A stretch of DNA of 64,000 bases from Aulosira sp. ZfuVER01 (GCA_034530615.2 JAVRCV020000068.1:1-64000); one strand, 5' to 3'. Shown: positions 47,204 to 58,414, counted from the first letter of the stretch. The notes: generated by a model from the letters alone, not told the origin. Program-made: numbers and translations.

Positions 47204-49600
47204 CTAGACTTTCATATCCAAGGTACGCACCAGAAACGCCCATTTATCTGTAACTTCCTCAATAATCTTTGCTGTTGGCTTACCAGCACCATGTCCTGCC
47301 TTAGTTTCAATTCTAATTAGCACTGGCGCATTACCTGCCTGAGCAGCTTGCAAGGCAGCCGCAAATTTGAAACTATGAGCAGGAACAACGCGATCGTCAT
47401 GATCTGCGGTAGTAATCAATGTTGCTGGATAAGCTGTACCTGGTTTTAAATTGTGCAGTGGTGAATAGGCATATAACGCTTTAAATTCTTCTGGGTTGTC
47501 TGGTGAACCATATTCCGAAGTCCAAGCCCAACCGATGGTAAATTTGTGGAACCGCAACATATCCATTACGCCTACTGCGGGTAAAGCAGCGCCAAACAAA
47601 TCGGGACGCTGAGTCATACAAGCACCCACTAATAAACCACCGTTGCTACCACCACTAATTGCCAGTTTTGCAGATTTGGTATATTTATTCGCAATTAACC
47701 ATTCAGCAGCAGCAATAAAGTCATCAAAGACATTTTGCTTTTTCAACTTCATGCCTGCTTGGTGCCATTCTTCACCGTATTCTCCACCACCGCGAATATT
47801 CGGCATCGCGTAAATACCACCCATTTCCATCCACACCAAATTACTCACAGAAAAACTCGGTGTCATTGAGGCATTAAATCCACCATAAGCATATAGATAG
47901 GTGGGGTTATTTCCATCTAACTTAATACCTTTTTTGTGAGTAATAAACATGGGCACTCTTGTGCCATCTTTACTCTGATAAAAAACTTGTTTTGTCTCGT
48001 AATCTGCCGGATTAAAATCTACTTTTGGTTGACGGTAAACTTTACTTTTTCCCGTTACCATATCATAGCGATAGATAGTACCTGGTGTAGTGAAGCTAGT
48101 AAAACTATAAAAAGTTTCTGTATCATAACGCTTGCCATCAAAGCCACCTACAGAACCCAGTCCAGGTAATTCTACCTCGCGCACAAATGTACCTTTAAGG
48201 TCAAAAATTTTGAATTGGCTGCGAGCATCTTTCAGATAATCAGCCACAAATTGGTTATTGAGTATACTTACGCCTTCTAAAGTTTCTGCTGATTGAGGGA
48301 TAATTTCTCGCCAATTTTCCGGTGCTGGTTTTTTGGTATCAATAGCAATAACTCTGCCACGTGGTGCCTTTAAATCTGTGCGGAAATAGAAGACACTATC
48401 ATCATGCTCAATAAAACTGTAATCGGCCTCAAATCGGTTAATCAGTTCTACAACTTCAGTATTGGGATTAGTTAAATCTTTATAAAAAACTAAATTTTTG
48501 GAATCAGTTCCCAACCAAACTGAAATTATTAAATATTTGCCGTCTTCAGTAACTTCACCACTAAAACCCCATTCTTTCTCATCAGGGCGATGGTAGATTA
48601 ATAAATCTTCTGATTGTGAAGTACCAAGTCGGTGATAATAAAGTTTTTGATAATAGTTAACATCTGTCTTGGAAAATTGCTCCTCTTGGGGAGCCACCCC
48701 TGTGGGCGGGTCTCCCGACTTGAAGGGAGTGGCGTGAGATCCCAAGACCGCATTTTCCGCTTCTAATTTACTTTTATCCTGCGGTTCATTGTAGCGACTG
48801 TAGAAAAAGCCTTGATTATCCTTTGTCCAGGATACGCCAGAGAATTTAATCCACTTCAGTTGGTCTTTTAGATCTTCACCTGTTTCGATATCACGTACTT
48901 TCCACTCTTGCCAATCAGAACCAGAGGTAGATAGACCATAAGCTAAAAGTTGACCATTATTACTAATGGATAATCCCGAAAGAGCAACCGTACCATCTTC
49001 TGAGAGTTTATTAGGGTCGAGTAAAACTTTTGGCTGGGCATCAAGAGTTTTCAGGGTGTAGAGGACGCTTTGGTTTTGCAGCCCATCATTTTTAAAATAA
49101 AAGTAGCGTTCGGTAGCACCCTTTTCGCGAGATTCGCCTTCTTTAAATGGAATACTATATCGTTCGTAATTCCACAGTTTAGTTAGGCGCTGTCTAATTT
49201 TTTCCTGGGCAGGAATCTCATTGAGATAGCCAAAAGTAACTTTATTTTCTGCTTCAATCCAAGTTCTGGTTTCTGCCGAATCAGGATTTTCTAACCAACG
49301 GTAAGGATCTGCCACTAAAGTACCGTGGTAGTTATCGACTCGATCGCTTTTGCGGCTAGGTGGATAAGTCAACATAGTTTTTGATGGAACTCGTTGCCGT
49401 GCGTAATGTTCAGAAGATGGGGTGATAGAAACCTGCCGCAGGGACGGGTTCCTCCCATCTATTAATTTCTCGACTAGTACTGGTGAAGGAAACTTAGTGG
49501 AAATTGTAGCATTAGCAACACTAGCAGGTAGCAACCATCGGCAAATAATCACTGTTACCAAAAAGATTACTAACAACCGAGTCCATGAAACTTTGACCAT
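47204..49600 (-). CDS. Prolyl oligopeptidase (S9A)
   Basis: DPYRWLE, YGGF, GGSNGG catalytic Ser, DHDDRVVP and AGHGAG. Contains a 32-aa in-frame insertion. The start could alternatively be the internal MLTYPP. Confidence 0.93.
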   Translation of the reverse strand: MVKVSWTRLLVIFLVTVIICRWLLPASVANATISTKFPSPVLVEKLIDGRNPSLRQVSITPSSEHYARQRVPSKTMLTYPPSRKSDRVDNYHGTLVADPYRWLENPDSAETRTWIEAENKVTFGYLNEIPAQEKIRQRLTKLWNYERYSIPFKEGESREKGATERYFYFKNDGLQNQSVLYTLKTLDAQPKVLLDPNKLSEDGTVALSGLSISNNGQLLAYGLSTSGSDWQEWKVRDIETGEDLKDQLKWIKFSGVSWTKDNQGFFYSRYNEPQDKSKLEAENAVLGSHATPFKSGDPPTGVAPQEEQFSKTDVNYYQKLYYHRLGTSQSEDLLIYHRPDEKEWGFSGEVTEDGKYLIISVWLGTDSKNLVFYKDLTNPNTEVVELINRFEADYSFIEHDDSVFYFRTDLKAPRGRVIAIDTKKPAPENWREIIPQSAETLEGVSILNNQFVADYLKDARSQFKIFDLKGTFVREVELPGLGSVGGFDGKRYDTETFYSFTSFTTPGTIYRYDMVTGKSKVYRQPKVDFNPADYETKQVFYQSKDGTRVPMFITHKKGIKLDGNNPTYLYAYGGFNASMTPSFSVSNLVWMEMGGIYAMPNIRGGGEYGEEWHQAGMKLKKQNVFDDFIAAAEWLIANKYTKSAKLAISGGSNGGLLVGACMTQRPDLFGAALPAVGVMDMLRFHKFTIGWAWTSEYGSPDNPEEFKALYAYSPLHNLKPGTAYPATLITTADHDDRVVPAHSFKFAAALQAAQAGNAPVLIRIETKAGHGAGKPTAKIIEEVTDKWAFLVRTLDMKV
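48665..48760 (-). mobile_element. Nested in-frame palindromic small dispersed repeat insertion (96 nt)
   Basis: Outer stem GGAAAATGC/GCAATTTTCC. Inner 45-nt GC-rich unit (48691-48735) with stem GCCACTCCCT/AGGGGTGGC. Interrupts KLE|DVNYYQK. Confidence 0.75.
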
Positions 49601-49608
49601 TGAATTTT

Positions 49609-52600
49609 TTAAGCAGTAGTACTGTGAATAAGTTTCTCTCCTTTGAGCATCCGCACTGCTGCTTCCAGTAGAGCTTCTTCTAGGTAAGGCTTGGTAAAGT
49701 AGCCGCTAGCACCGAGTTGAATTGCCATTTGTCTGTGCTTGTCTGCACCCCGTGAGGTGAGCATAGCGATTGGTAAATGGTTGAGGTTGTTATCTTTCTG
49801 AATCCGAGAGAGCAACTCCAGCCCATCACACCGGGGCATTTCAATGTCGCAAAATACGATATCGCAAGGCAAACCAGAACGAAGTTTATCCCAAGCTTCT
49901 TGTCCATCACGTGCTTGTTCTACGCGATAACCTGCCTTATTAAAGGTGAGGGAGAGTAATTCTCTGACTGTAATTGAGTCATCAACAATCAGCACTGTTG
50001 GGTCAATTTTCACAGCCGGGACTTCTGGTATGGTGGCAGACCCTTTCTGTTGCCAAATACCACCGCTTTGTTTGGATATCCGTCCTTGGAAGATGTCCAT
50101 GATTTCTAAGACATCGGCAATCGGCATAATCCGACCATCACCCAGGACTGTAGCACCAGCTACTCCTAGAGGTTTGGGCGCTGGCCCTTCAAATTGCTTA
50201 ATTACAATTTCTTGCTCACTCAGTACCAAGTCAATTTGTAGGGCAATTAGATTATTTGCCGATCGCACTACAACCACAGAAACCATGTCATCATCACGAG
50301 TACCACCGTAGACACTACCGCGACTGAGTTGGCGATTGAAGGCTAAAAGCTCCTTGAGGGGGCGGAATGGCAATACTGTATCTCGCCAAGGAATAAATGT
50401 TTGCCCATCTGCATTGTGCTGGATATTTTTGACGGGAATATCTAGGGTATCTTCGACACCGTCCATTGGGAAAGCGATCCTAGCTTTATCGGAAACACAG
50501 CACAGAGCTTTACAAATACTCAAGGTGAGTGGTAGACGAATTGTAAAGGTCGTTCCCTTACCAAGACCAGAGTCAGTGTTAACGGTGCCGCGAATTTCGC
50601 TAATTTCCGAGCGAACTACGTCCATACCCACACCACGACCCGAAATTTCATCGGCTTGGTCTTTAATACTAAAACCCGACTGGAACAGCAGATCGTAGAT
50701 TTCTGGGCGTGTTATGGTTCTAGCTTCTGCTGGTGTGAGCATACCCAGCTTCAATGCCTTGGCTTTGATTCGTTCTGTATCGATCCCTGCACCGTCATCA
50801 CCTACAGAGATGACAGTTTGGTTCCCTTGGTGGAAAGCACGAATGGTGATTTCTCCTACAGGCTTTTTACCTGTAGCTTGTCGTACCTCTGGTGTTTCAA
50901 TCCCGTGAGCGATCGCATTATTGAGCATATGAGTTAGCGGATCGGTCAGGTGATCCAAAATCATTTTGTCAATTAAGGTATCTCCACCTTCAATGACTAA
51001 CTCCACTTGTTTGCCATATTTGATGGCATTATCTCTAACGCCGCGCCGCAAGCGATCGATTGCTTGGGAAAATGGCACCATTCTTGCTCGTGTCAATCCT
51101 TCTTGTAACTGGGTGGTGACTTGCCGGAACTGCCTTGCTACTCGCTCGGTTTCTTCCGTTACAAAGTCAATGTCACTCGCTGACTCACGCACCCTGACAA
51201 TCATTTCGATCATTTCTTGGGACAACGTATGGAAAGGCGTAAACCGATCCATTTCTAGTTCACTAAAACCCCTGTCAGAATTAGAATCTGGGACTGGAAC
51301 ATCAGAGTCTTTGTTTTTGCGGCTGGCTAAAAGAGACGCTTCGAGTAGCGATCGCTCATATAATTCCTGCATCCTCGCCCCGACATCAGAGAGATGTTGC
51401 ACCTGAATTAGCAAGTTATCTAATGACTGCCGCAGACGTTCTTGATCCTGCTCTAAGGTATTGCGATTTACTACCAACTCCCCAACCAAATTACTCATAT
51501 CATCCAGTTGCTTGACTGGAACTTTCATCGTTTCTTCAAATCTTGCTGCACGACGAGTTGAGGGGCGTGGTGTTTTGCCCGTCTTTTGTTTGTTGGATGG
51601 TGAATGCGATATTGATTGATCTGCTTCCGCCAGCAATTTCTCTAGATCACTAAATTCGTCATCAATCTCTAGTGAGATTGCAGTGTTGTTGGCATTGTTA
51701 GCAGTTGTTAATGGTTGCTGCTGTGGGTAGACAGATGGAGGTGCTGCTATTTCCTCATCGTTGTCTTCATCTAGTAATGCTTCCAGTGCTGCAAAATCTT
51801 CTTCTGCGATAGGGGTGGAAAATTCTTCGTCTAATAATGTTTCTAGGTCTGCAAATTCGTCTTCTGAAGCAATTGTTGGTGGTTGCTCCGATTTAGTAGT
51901 CTCAGCAACAACAGCATGGGCTATGTCTAACAGAGACGCGGATAAATCCTGGGCTTCATCGAATAAATCTAATTCGACTGCATTTTCTGCGATCGCAGCA
52001 TCATTGAAGTCAATGTTTGCAGTATTTTCTACTACCTCTTCTAAGCTAGCGAATTCTTGGAAGACAGTTTCTGTTGCTGATAACTCATTAACTATCGGTA
52101 ATTCTGTACTGGCGATCGCATCTGTGTGCGCTACTACCTCGTCTAAGCTGGCAAATTCTTGGAAGACGGTTTCTGTCGCTGATAACTCATCGACTATCGG
52201 TAGTTCTGTACTGGCGATCGCATCTGTGTGCGCTACAACCTCATCTAAGCTGGCGAATTCTTGGAAGACGGTTTCTGTCGCTGATAACTCATCAACTATT
52301 GGTAGTTCTGTGCTGGCGATCGCATCTGTGTGCGCTATCACCTCATCTAAGCTGGCAAATTCTTGGAAGACAGTTTCTGTCGCTGGTAACTCATCAACTA
52401 TCGGCAGTTCTGTGCTGGCGATCGCATCTGTGTGCGCTACCACCTCGTCTAAGCTGGCAAATTCTTGGAAGACAGTTTCTGTCGCTGATAAATCATCACC
52501 TATCGGCAGTTCTGTGCTGGCGATCGCATCTGTGCCATCTACTACCTCTTCTAGGGTTGTAAATTCTCGGAAGATAGTTTCTGTGGTTTGTAAAGCATCA

Positions 52601-55368
52601 ACTATCGGCAGTTCTGTGCTGTCAGCAATGGTTATTTCTGGAGTATCAAAGTTACCTAAATCGCTGAAATCGAGATCTAGGTTTGCTGCTGTGGCTGATA
52701 CTTCCTCGACTAAATTCAATGCTCCACTGTCAGCAACAGTAGTTTCTGGAGTATCAAAGTTTTCTAAATCACTGAAATCAAGATCTAGGTTTGCGGCTGT
52801 GGCTGATGATTCATCAACTAAATTCAATGCTCCACTGTCAGCAACGGTTGTTTCTGGAATATCAAAGTTGTCTAAATCGCTGAAATCAAGATCGAGAGTT
52901 GCTGCTGTGGCTGATGATTCATCAACTAAATTGAATTCCCCATTTTCAGCAACGTTTGTTTCTGGAGTATCAATATTAAACAAATCAATTTCCAGGTCAG
53001 CAAAAGCTTTGGGCGAATTGCTAAATATGTTCTCTACTGACTGGTTGGTAAATTCAGGGGTGAAATCTAAAGGTTCTGGAGGTAATGCTGTTGAGGGGAG
53101 TGGGGTGCGATCGCTTTGCTCTTCTAAGAAGCTGCTAATCTCGGCTAAAGGTATTTCTTGATCGTCAACATCAGGAGAAATTGTCGTATTGGTTGGTGTC
53201 AACTCTGCAAATAAATCATCCCCAGCATCTGGTGAAAACATCAGATCGAGTGGCTCATCTTGCTGTGGGAAAGCCAAGTCAAAATCTTCCAGATTAAAAT
53301 TTGCTGTGGGTGAAGGAGTATCCTCAAAAAAATCATTAGCAGCTGTAAATAAACTCTCCTCTAATGCCCTAGCTACATCTTGCTCTAACTTTGAGTCAAA
53401 TTCTGGTTGTTGTTGAGTTTGTGCTTCCTCGTTCCAGAAGTTGCTCAAATCGTCTGCTGATGGCGAAAAATCCTTGGCTATTATTGACGGCTGATCAAAT
53501 AAATCTCCAATCTCTGGCGCACCTGTAGAAAATGGTGTATTTTCTTCTATTTCAGTAAATAAATTTTCAAAAGAAAAGCTTTCTGGCTGTGGTAAGTTAA
53601 GTTGTGATTCGCTACTAGAAGTAACTTCCTCAAGCAAGTTGGCATTTTCACTTTCTGAGAATAACTCATAGAAAGTGTTTTGCTCGTTTTCAATTTCTGC
53701 TGGATTTACTTCACCAATAGATAAATTTTCGTTTTCATTTAATGCCAAACCCAATAAATCTTGCACCACATCTTGCGGGGCAATATCACCAGGATATTCT
53801 AAAAGAATTTGCGTAAATTCTTCTATACTTTCATCACTGGGTGTGTCTAAATCTAAATCGTTAAAGTTTGTGGCTGATGTTTGTAGCTGTTGTGTTTCTG
53901 AATTTTCTTTTTCTAAGAAGTTATCGCCAAATAATGAGTTGAAATCTTCTGTTTGAATTGTAGTTTGTTGAGAAACATCACTGCTTACATCTTCATCAAA
54001 AGATAGTAAATCAGCTAAATCGCTATCAGTATCCTCAGTCTCACTAATGGTGATATCGATTCCCAATTTACTAGCAGCAGTAATGTCTAATATTTCCTCT
54101 TGTTGCCAAGTTTCATCCAGTTCTGGCGTTTCACCTTCAAATAAATCAGCAAGGGTATTTAACTCAGCTATGCCTACTTCTGGCCCTTTAGGATCGAGAT
54201 GATGATTTGTTAGAAGTGTATCCTCTTCATGACCGGGCAAGGCAGTAAATATCAAAGGAGAATCAGTGGTAGTATTTTGCGCTGTTGGGGAAATATCCTG
54301 AGCTTTGTTAAGTTGTTCAGATAGGCTAGTTATACGGTTTTTAGAACCGCTGACAACATCATCAGTTGTAGTCGCAGTTGAGTGTATCCCAGATTTCTCA
54401 AGTAAATTATTGGTTATGTCGACTAATTCAACTTCTGGGAAACTCAAGAGTACTTCTAGCTGCTGACTAATAACAATCTCAGATTCCTTACCTTTAAGAA
54501 CAAATTCCTGAGCTTTTTTAATTTCTGTAATGACAATTTTAGCTAGAGTTAAATAAGTATTATCAGGATTAGCGATCGCGTTTGTAGCCGCTTGACATAA
54601 ATTACGCCACTTCGGTAAATTAAATACCTCACCGAGATGGACTAACTGTTGACAACATTGCTGGAGATTTTGCCGAGTTTCGAGAGTTGTCCCTTGTTTA
54701 AATAATTGCAACATTTCCCGCAGTGTTTGCAACACTTGGGTTTGAAACTCGCTCCAGTTCTCAGTTTCTTTGGCGACAACCGGCGAACGTGGCTCCTGTA
54801 GCGGTGTCACAGATGCTTCCCCGGATACATTGCTGTTTTCTTCTTCGGGAGTGGAGAAATCCCGTTGCATGAAGATTTGTGTCAACGTGTGGGCGTTATC
54901 TGCCAAGGCGGGACGTATGTCTGTTGCTGAAATACCGCTGTTTGTTTGTTGTAAGAGCAGTTCTAGATGTTCATTCAGCCATTGAAAGACTGGCTCAGTT
55001 TCTGACATCAAAGTATTGGCGGTCTCTTCTGACAACCCAAACGGGCCACTCAAATTCTCTAAAAGTGCTTTGAGAGTATCCGCCACACCAAGAAATAAAG
55101 ACTCTAACTTTTGGTCAACCTGAATCGGATTCTCTTTGAGAATTTTAAAGCAATCTTCTAGGCGGTGAGATGTATGCTGGATGCTATTCAAACCAAGCAT
55201 CGCAGCCCCCCCTTTGATAGAGTGAGCCGCCCGGAAGACTTCGTTGATCATTTCTGGGTCGTTCAGGGTACTCTGAAGATTCAACAACCCCTGCTCGATG
55301 GTATTCAGGTGGTCTCTTGCTTCTTCAATAAAGTAACCCAAAATGCGCTGTTGTTGTTCCGGCAGCAT
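49609..55368 (-). CDS. hmpE: CheA-like hybrid kinase of the Hmp chemotaxis-like system
   Basis: Hpt (FRAAHSIKG), long acidic linker, dimerisation and HATPase (NNAIAHG, DDGAG, SGRGVGMDVV), CheW and REC domains. Operon context fits. Confidence 0.88.
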   Translation of the reverse strand: MLPEQQQRILGYFIEEARDHLNTIEQGLLNLQSTLNDPEMINEVFRAAHSIKGGAAMLGLNSIQHTSHRLEDCFKILKENPIQVDQKLESLFLGVADTLKALLENLSGPFGLSEETANTLMSETEPVFQWLNEHLELLLQQTNSGISATDIRPALADNAHTLTQIFMQRDFSTPEEENSNVSGEASVTPLQEPRSPVVAKETENWSEFQTQVLQTLREMLQLFKQGTTLETRQNLQQCCQQLVHLGEVFNLPKWRNLCQAATNAIANPDNTYLTLAKIVITEIKKAQEFVLKGKESEIVISQQLEVLLSFPEVELVDITNNLLEKSGIHSTATTTDDVVSGSKNRITSLSEQLNKAQDISPTAQNTTTDSPLIFTALPGHEEDTLLTNHHLDPKGPEVGIAELNTLADLFEGETPELDETWQQEEILDITAASKLGIDITISETEDTDSDLADLLSFDEDVSSDVSQQTTIQTEDFNSLFGDNFLEKENSETQQLQTSATNFNDLDLDTPSDESIEEFTQILLEYPGDIAPQDVVQDLLGLALNENENLSIGEVNPAEIENEQNTFYELFSESENANLLEEVTSSSESQLNLPQPESFSFENLFTEIEENTPFSTGAPEIGDLFDQPSIIAKDFSPSADDLSNFWNEEAQTQQQPEFDSKLEQDVARALEESLFTAANDFFEDTPSPTANFNLEDFDLAFPQQDEPLDLMFSPDAGDDLFAELTPTNTTISPDVDDQEIPLAEISSFLEEQSDRTPLPSTALPPEPLDFTPEFTNQSVENIFSNSPKAFADLEIDLFNIDTPETNVAENGEFNLVDESSATAATLDLDFSDLDNFDIPETTVADSGALNLVDESSATAANLDLDFSDLENFDTPETTVADSGALNLVEEVSATAANLDLDFSDLGNFDTPEITIADSTELPIVDALQTTETIFREFTTLEEVVDGTDAIASTELPIGDDLSATETVFQEFASLDEVVAHTDAIASTELPIVDELPATETVFQEFASLDEVIAHTDAIASTELPIVDELSATETVFQEFASLDEVVAHTDAIASTELPIVDELSATETVFQEFASLDEVVAHTDAIASTELPIVNELSATETVFQEFASLEEVVENTANIDFNDAAIAENAVELDLFDEAQDLSASLLDIAHAVVAETTKSEQPPTIASEDEFADLETLLDEEFSTPIAEEDFAALEALLDEDNDEEIAAPPSVYPQQQPLTTANNANNTAISLEIDDEFSDLEKLLAEADQSISHSPSNKQKTGKTPRPSTRRAARFEETMKVPVKQLDDMSNLVGELVVNRNTLEQDQERLRQSLDNLLIQVQHLSDVGARMQELYERSLLEASLLASRKNKDSDVPVPDSNSDRGFSELEMDRFTPFHTLSQEMIEMIVRVRESASDIDFVTEETERVARQFRQVTTQLQEGLTRARMVPFSQAIDRLRRGVRDNAIKYGKQVELVIEGGDTLIDKMILDHLTDPLTHMLNNAIAHGIETPEVRQATGKKPVGEITIRAFHQGNQTVISVGDDGAGIDTERIKAKALKLGMLTPAEARTITRPEIYDLLFQSGFSIKDQADEISGRGVGMDVVRSEISEIRGTVNTDSGLGKGTTFTIRLPLTLSICKALCCVSDKARIAFPMDGVEDTLDIPVKNIQHNADGQTFIPWRDTVLPFRPLKELLAFNRQLSRGSVYGGTRDDDMVSVVVVRSANNLIALQIDLVLSEQEIVIKQFEGPAPKPLGVAGATVLGDGRIMPIADVLEIMDIFQGRISKQSGGIWQQKGSATIPEVPAVKIDPTVLIVDDSITVRELLSLTFNKAGYRVEQARDGQEAWDKLRSGLPCDIVFCDIEMPRCDGLELLSRIQKDNNLNHLPIAMLTSRGADKHRQMAIQLGASGYFTKPYLEEALLEAAVRMLKGEKLIHSTTA
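52029..52636 (-). repeat. Intragenic 102-nt (34 aa) tandem repeat, about 6 units
   Basis: DAIASTELPIVDELSATETVFQEFASLDEVVAHT. HIP1 sites recur at 52112, 52214, 52316, 52418 and 52520. Confidence 0.92.
52637..52972 (-). repeat. Intragenic 108-nt (36 aa) tandem repeat, 3 units
   Basis: DTPETTVADSGALNLVDESSATAANLDLDFSDLENF. TCTGGA anchors at 52637, 52745, 52853 and 52961. Confidence 0.9.
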
Positions 55369-55458
55369 AGTTTTTTCGCCAAGAGTCAATAGTCAAGAGT
55401 CAACAGTTAGTCATCAACAGTCAAGAGCCAGTATTTAAACTTTGGACTATTGACTAAA

Positions 55459-58398
55459 TTATCTAGATTCGAGGGTTTCCACCCGGAAACGTTCAACGGA
55501 TGCTATTAAGTCACGGGATACACCTACTAAGTTTTGTAGGGCACCAGAAACTCGTTGTGCTTCCTGAGACGTTTCTTGTGCTGTCAGTTCTACGGATTGC
55601 ATCACGTGAGCTACAGCGCGAGAGGTTTCTGTTTGTTCCACAGTATCGGAGGTAATTGAACGCACCAGAATATCAATACGATTGGCTACTTGAATAATAT
55701 TTTCGAGCGATCGCTTGGCTTCTTCTGCCAATTTAGTGCCTTTAATTACCTGCTGTGTACCTTCCTCCATTGCAGTCATCACAGAGCCAGTTTCGCTCTG
55801 GATTTGCATCACAATTTGTTCAATTTCTTTTAACGACTTGGCAGATTTATCTGCTAGCTGGCGCACTTCATCTGCTACAATTGCAAACCCCCGTCCGGCT
55901 TCTCCTGCCCGTGCCGCCTCAATACTAGCATTGAGTGCTAATAAGTTGGTTCTAGAGGCAATTTGAGAGATTAAGGCGACAATTTTCGAGATTTCCTGGG
56001 AGGATTCTGCGAGTCGCTTCACTTTTCGGGTTGTTTCTGCTACAGTTTCCCGAATTTCTAAAATACCTGCCACAGTATTTTCCACAGCTTCTCCACCTTT
56101 GAGGGCGATGGTGCTGGCATCACGGGCTACCGCCTCTGCTTCGCGGGCTGCTTCTGCTACCCGTTGAATTGAGTCTGTCATTACCTGTACGGAATTCAGT
56201 GTGACAGCCAATTCTTCTGCTTGTCGCAAGGCATCACTAGATAAGGCTCTGGCAAAGGTTTCGGAATTTGTTGCACCTTTTGTTACTTCCTTAGCTGCCA
56301 CTTTTACTTGTTGGACAATATCCCGCAAGTTTTGAATGGTCAGGTTAAAGGCATCAGCAACGGCTCCCAGTACATCTGCTGTCACCTCAGCTTGTACTGT
56401 TAAATCTCCTCTAGCGGCTCCTTCCACATCATCCAACAAACGAATTACTTGGCGCTGGAGATTTTCTTTAGCTTCTTCCTGTTCATCGGCTTTGCGTTGA
56501 GCTTCATTGGTGGTAGTAAAAATGACCCGTGCCATTTCATTAAAGCCAGTAGCTAGCAATCCTAATTCATCTTCAGAATACACTGTAGCTTGCACATTCA
56601 GATTACCTTGCCGCACAGCATCAAACTGCGCTTGCAAATTCTGGGTTGTGCGCCGAACTTGCTTGAGTGTAAAGTTCCCCATAAATGCGGCGGTGGCAAA
56701 ACCAGCAATCCCCGCCGCTAGTGACATAGCCCAACCAGTGTTGCGCACTGATTCTCGCTGCTGCGGTGGCGAAATGGTAGTAGCCCCAAAGCTAACTGTC
56801 GCTACAACTATTGCCGAGACTATACCGACGCTACCTGCGATTAGCCATTGTTTCTTTTCTAAGGAAGCATTCTCTAAGGGAGCTAACCAACCTTGCTCGA
56901 CACTAACGCTAGGTTCTAACTTTGAAACATCTACTTGGGTAAAGACTGGGACTGCTTCTTGTGAACCAGTAATCGAAAATAATTCATCTTCGCGATCGCT
57001 AGCTTCATCAATTGCAGAAGACTCGACAATTTGACTGCGGGAGTTACTACCAGTTTCTAGAGAACCAGAATGCATTGCGATATCGCCAAAGCTGGAATCT
57101 GCATCTGCCAGATCAAACCCTGGAATGTTACCTAAATCGTCAAATTCATCAAAGTCATCTAAAAACTCTATATTACTCTTGGAATTGCTGCCATTGCGGA
57201 GATTACCTGTGTCTTCATCAAGGCTCACACTCTCTGAACCAAAAGCAGATTCAAATGCCTCAAAATCAAAATTATCGTCAATATCCAAATTGTTTGTTTG
57301 GACTGTTACACCCGGTTTTACCTGTTTTTCTTCTCGGCTAAAATCTTTGTTAGCAGAAGCAGATACCTCTTTTAAGGTATTGTGGGTTTCTATCGGCCCC
57401 AACCAATTATCGGGTGTACTTTGAGATAAATTATCTTGTTGATTGGATCTCAAATTATTTGTTTTTGTTGCACTATCCTGGACAACTATTTGGCTCTTCG
57501 CTAAATTTTCATTGTCCAGGCTATTACTGTTCATTGCCAAATCCGCATCACTTGAAGAGGGATATTTTTCCTCCATCAAGAATTCAGTTGGTATTTCCCA
57601 GCTATTACTTGTTGATAAATCAAATTCTGCAAAAGGTGAATCGCTATCATTTGGAGAATTAGAAATATCTTCTTGAGTTGAATTTGTCGCAGCGTCTACA
57701 AAAGGATTGTTGACTCCTGGGGCGCCAATACTATCTTCTGTGATATCTTCCTGCCAAAAAGCAGGTAATTCCAGTTCTGCTTGCTCTTCCCAACTGTTGG
57801 CTGGTGAATCTTGCCCACTTACTTGATTATTCAAATTAAACGGGTCATCACTGAAAGGTTCTGAGGAATCTGGTATGGAATTAAATGTAATACCACTGTT
57901 TGCAGAGATATCAAAGGGACTGTCCAAAGACAGATCTTCTATTTGATCTACATCTGATTGGTATTCGCTAAAAGCTTTGTTGTCAACGCTGCTGCTACCA
58001 AAATCGCCACTAGGGTTAAAATCTTGTGATTTTGATTCATCAGCTAGCAAAACATCAGAAATTTCCTCTTTTGATGTTTGCTGATTATCCTGCGTAGGAA
58101 TGTCCTGAGGCGGTAATGATTGCTGATATTCATTAATACTCTCAAGACCATGTTTGGCAAAACCAATAATTTCTTGATCCTGTGTCAGATGCAGCACTTG
58201 TTCGTATTCAGCTTTTGCAACATCGTACTGCTGTAAGACGTAGTAGATGTGACCCCGTAACAAATGGGAGTTAGGGTCAGTTGGTAAATTTTGCACCACT
58301 TGGTCAACTAAAGTGGCCGCAACTTCATAGTTCTGTTGCGCGTAAGCCGTACAAGCCTGCTTATATATCTCTAAGTAATCTTCTATACCTGCTGCCAT
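55459..58398 (-). CDS. hmpD: Methyl-accepting chemotaxis protein with N-terminal TPR
   Basis: TPR-like N-terminus, 2 TM, HAMP ([13 protein letters not shown]) and [34 protein letters not shown] 58398 preferred. Confidence 0.88.
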   Translation of the reverse strand: MAAGIEDYLEIYKQACTAYAQQNYEVAATLVDQVVQNLPTDPNSHLLRGHIYYVLQQYDVAKAEYEQVLHLTQDQEIIGFAKHGLESINEYQQSLPPQDIPTQDNQQTSKEEISDVLLADESKSQDFNPSGDFGSSSVDNKAFSEYQSDVDQIEDLSLDSPFDISANSGITFNSIPDSSEPFSDDPFNLNNQVSGQDSPANSWEEQAELELPAFWQEDITEDSIGAPGVNNPFVDAATNSTQEDISNSPNDSDSPFAEFDLSTSNSWEIPTEFLMEEKYPSSSDADLAMNSNSLDNENLAKSQIVVQDSATKTNNLRSNQQDNLSQSTPDNWLGPIETHNTLKEVSASANKDFSREEKQVKPGVTVQTNNLDIDDNFDFEAFESAFGSESVSLDEDTGNLRNGSNSKSNIEFLDDFDEFDDLGNIPGFDLADADSSFGDIAMHSGSLETGSNSRSQIVESSAIDEASDREDELFSITGSQEAVPVFTQVDVSKLEPSVSVEQGWLAPLENASLEKKQWLIAGSVGIVSAIVVATVSFGATTISPPQQRESVRNTGWAMSLAAGIAGFATAAFMGNFTLKQVRRTTQNLQAQFDAVRQGNLNVQATVYSEDELGLLATGFNEMARVIFTTTNEAQRKADEQEEAKENLQRQVIRLLDDVEGAARGDLTVQAEVTADVLGAVADAFNLTIQNLRDIVQQVKVAAKEVTKGATNSETFARALSSDALRQAEELAVTLNSVQVMTDSIQRVAEAAREAEAVARDASTIALKGGEAVENTVAGILEIRETVAETTRKVKRLAESSQEISKIVALISQIASRTNLLALNASIEAARAGEAGRGFAIVADEVRQLADKSAKSLKEIEQIVMQIQSETGSVMTAMEEGTQQVIKGTKLAEEAKRSLENIIQVANRIDILVRSITSDTVEQTETSRAVAHVMQSVELTAQETSQEAQRVSGALQNLVGVSRDLIASVERFRVETLESR

Positions 58399-58414
58399 TT
58401 CCACCCTCTCAATT

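Noticed and set aside
46759..47243. Two minus-strand ORFs (102 and 98 aa)
   Set aside because: Translate STRR repeats and the antisense of mgtE, or an alternate frame of the peptidase end.
52029..52972. Possible CRISPR array
   Set aside because: Units are near-identical along their whole length, multiples of 3, inside a CDS, with no unique spacers and no cas genes.
51761..53161. 466-aa plus-strand ORF with repeats
   Set aside because: Antisense shadow of the acidic repeat linker of hmpE. Ser-rich composition and lack of stops are expected from the reverse complement of Glu/Asp-rich repeats.
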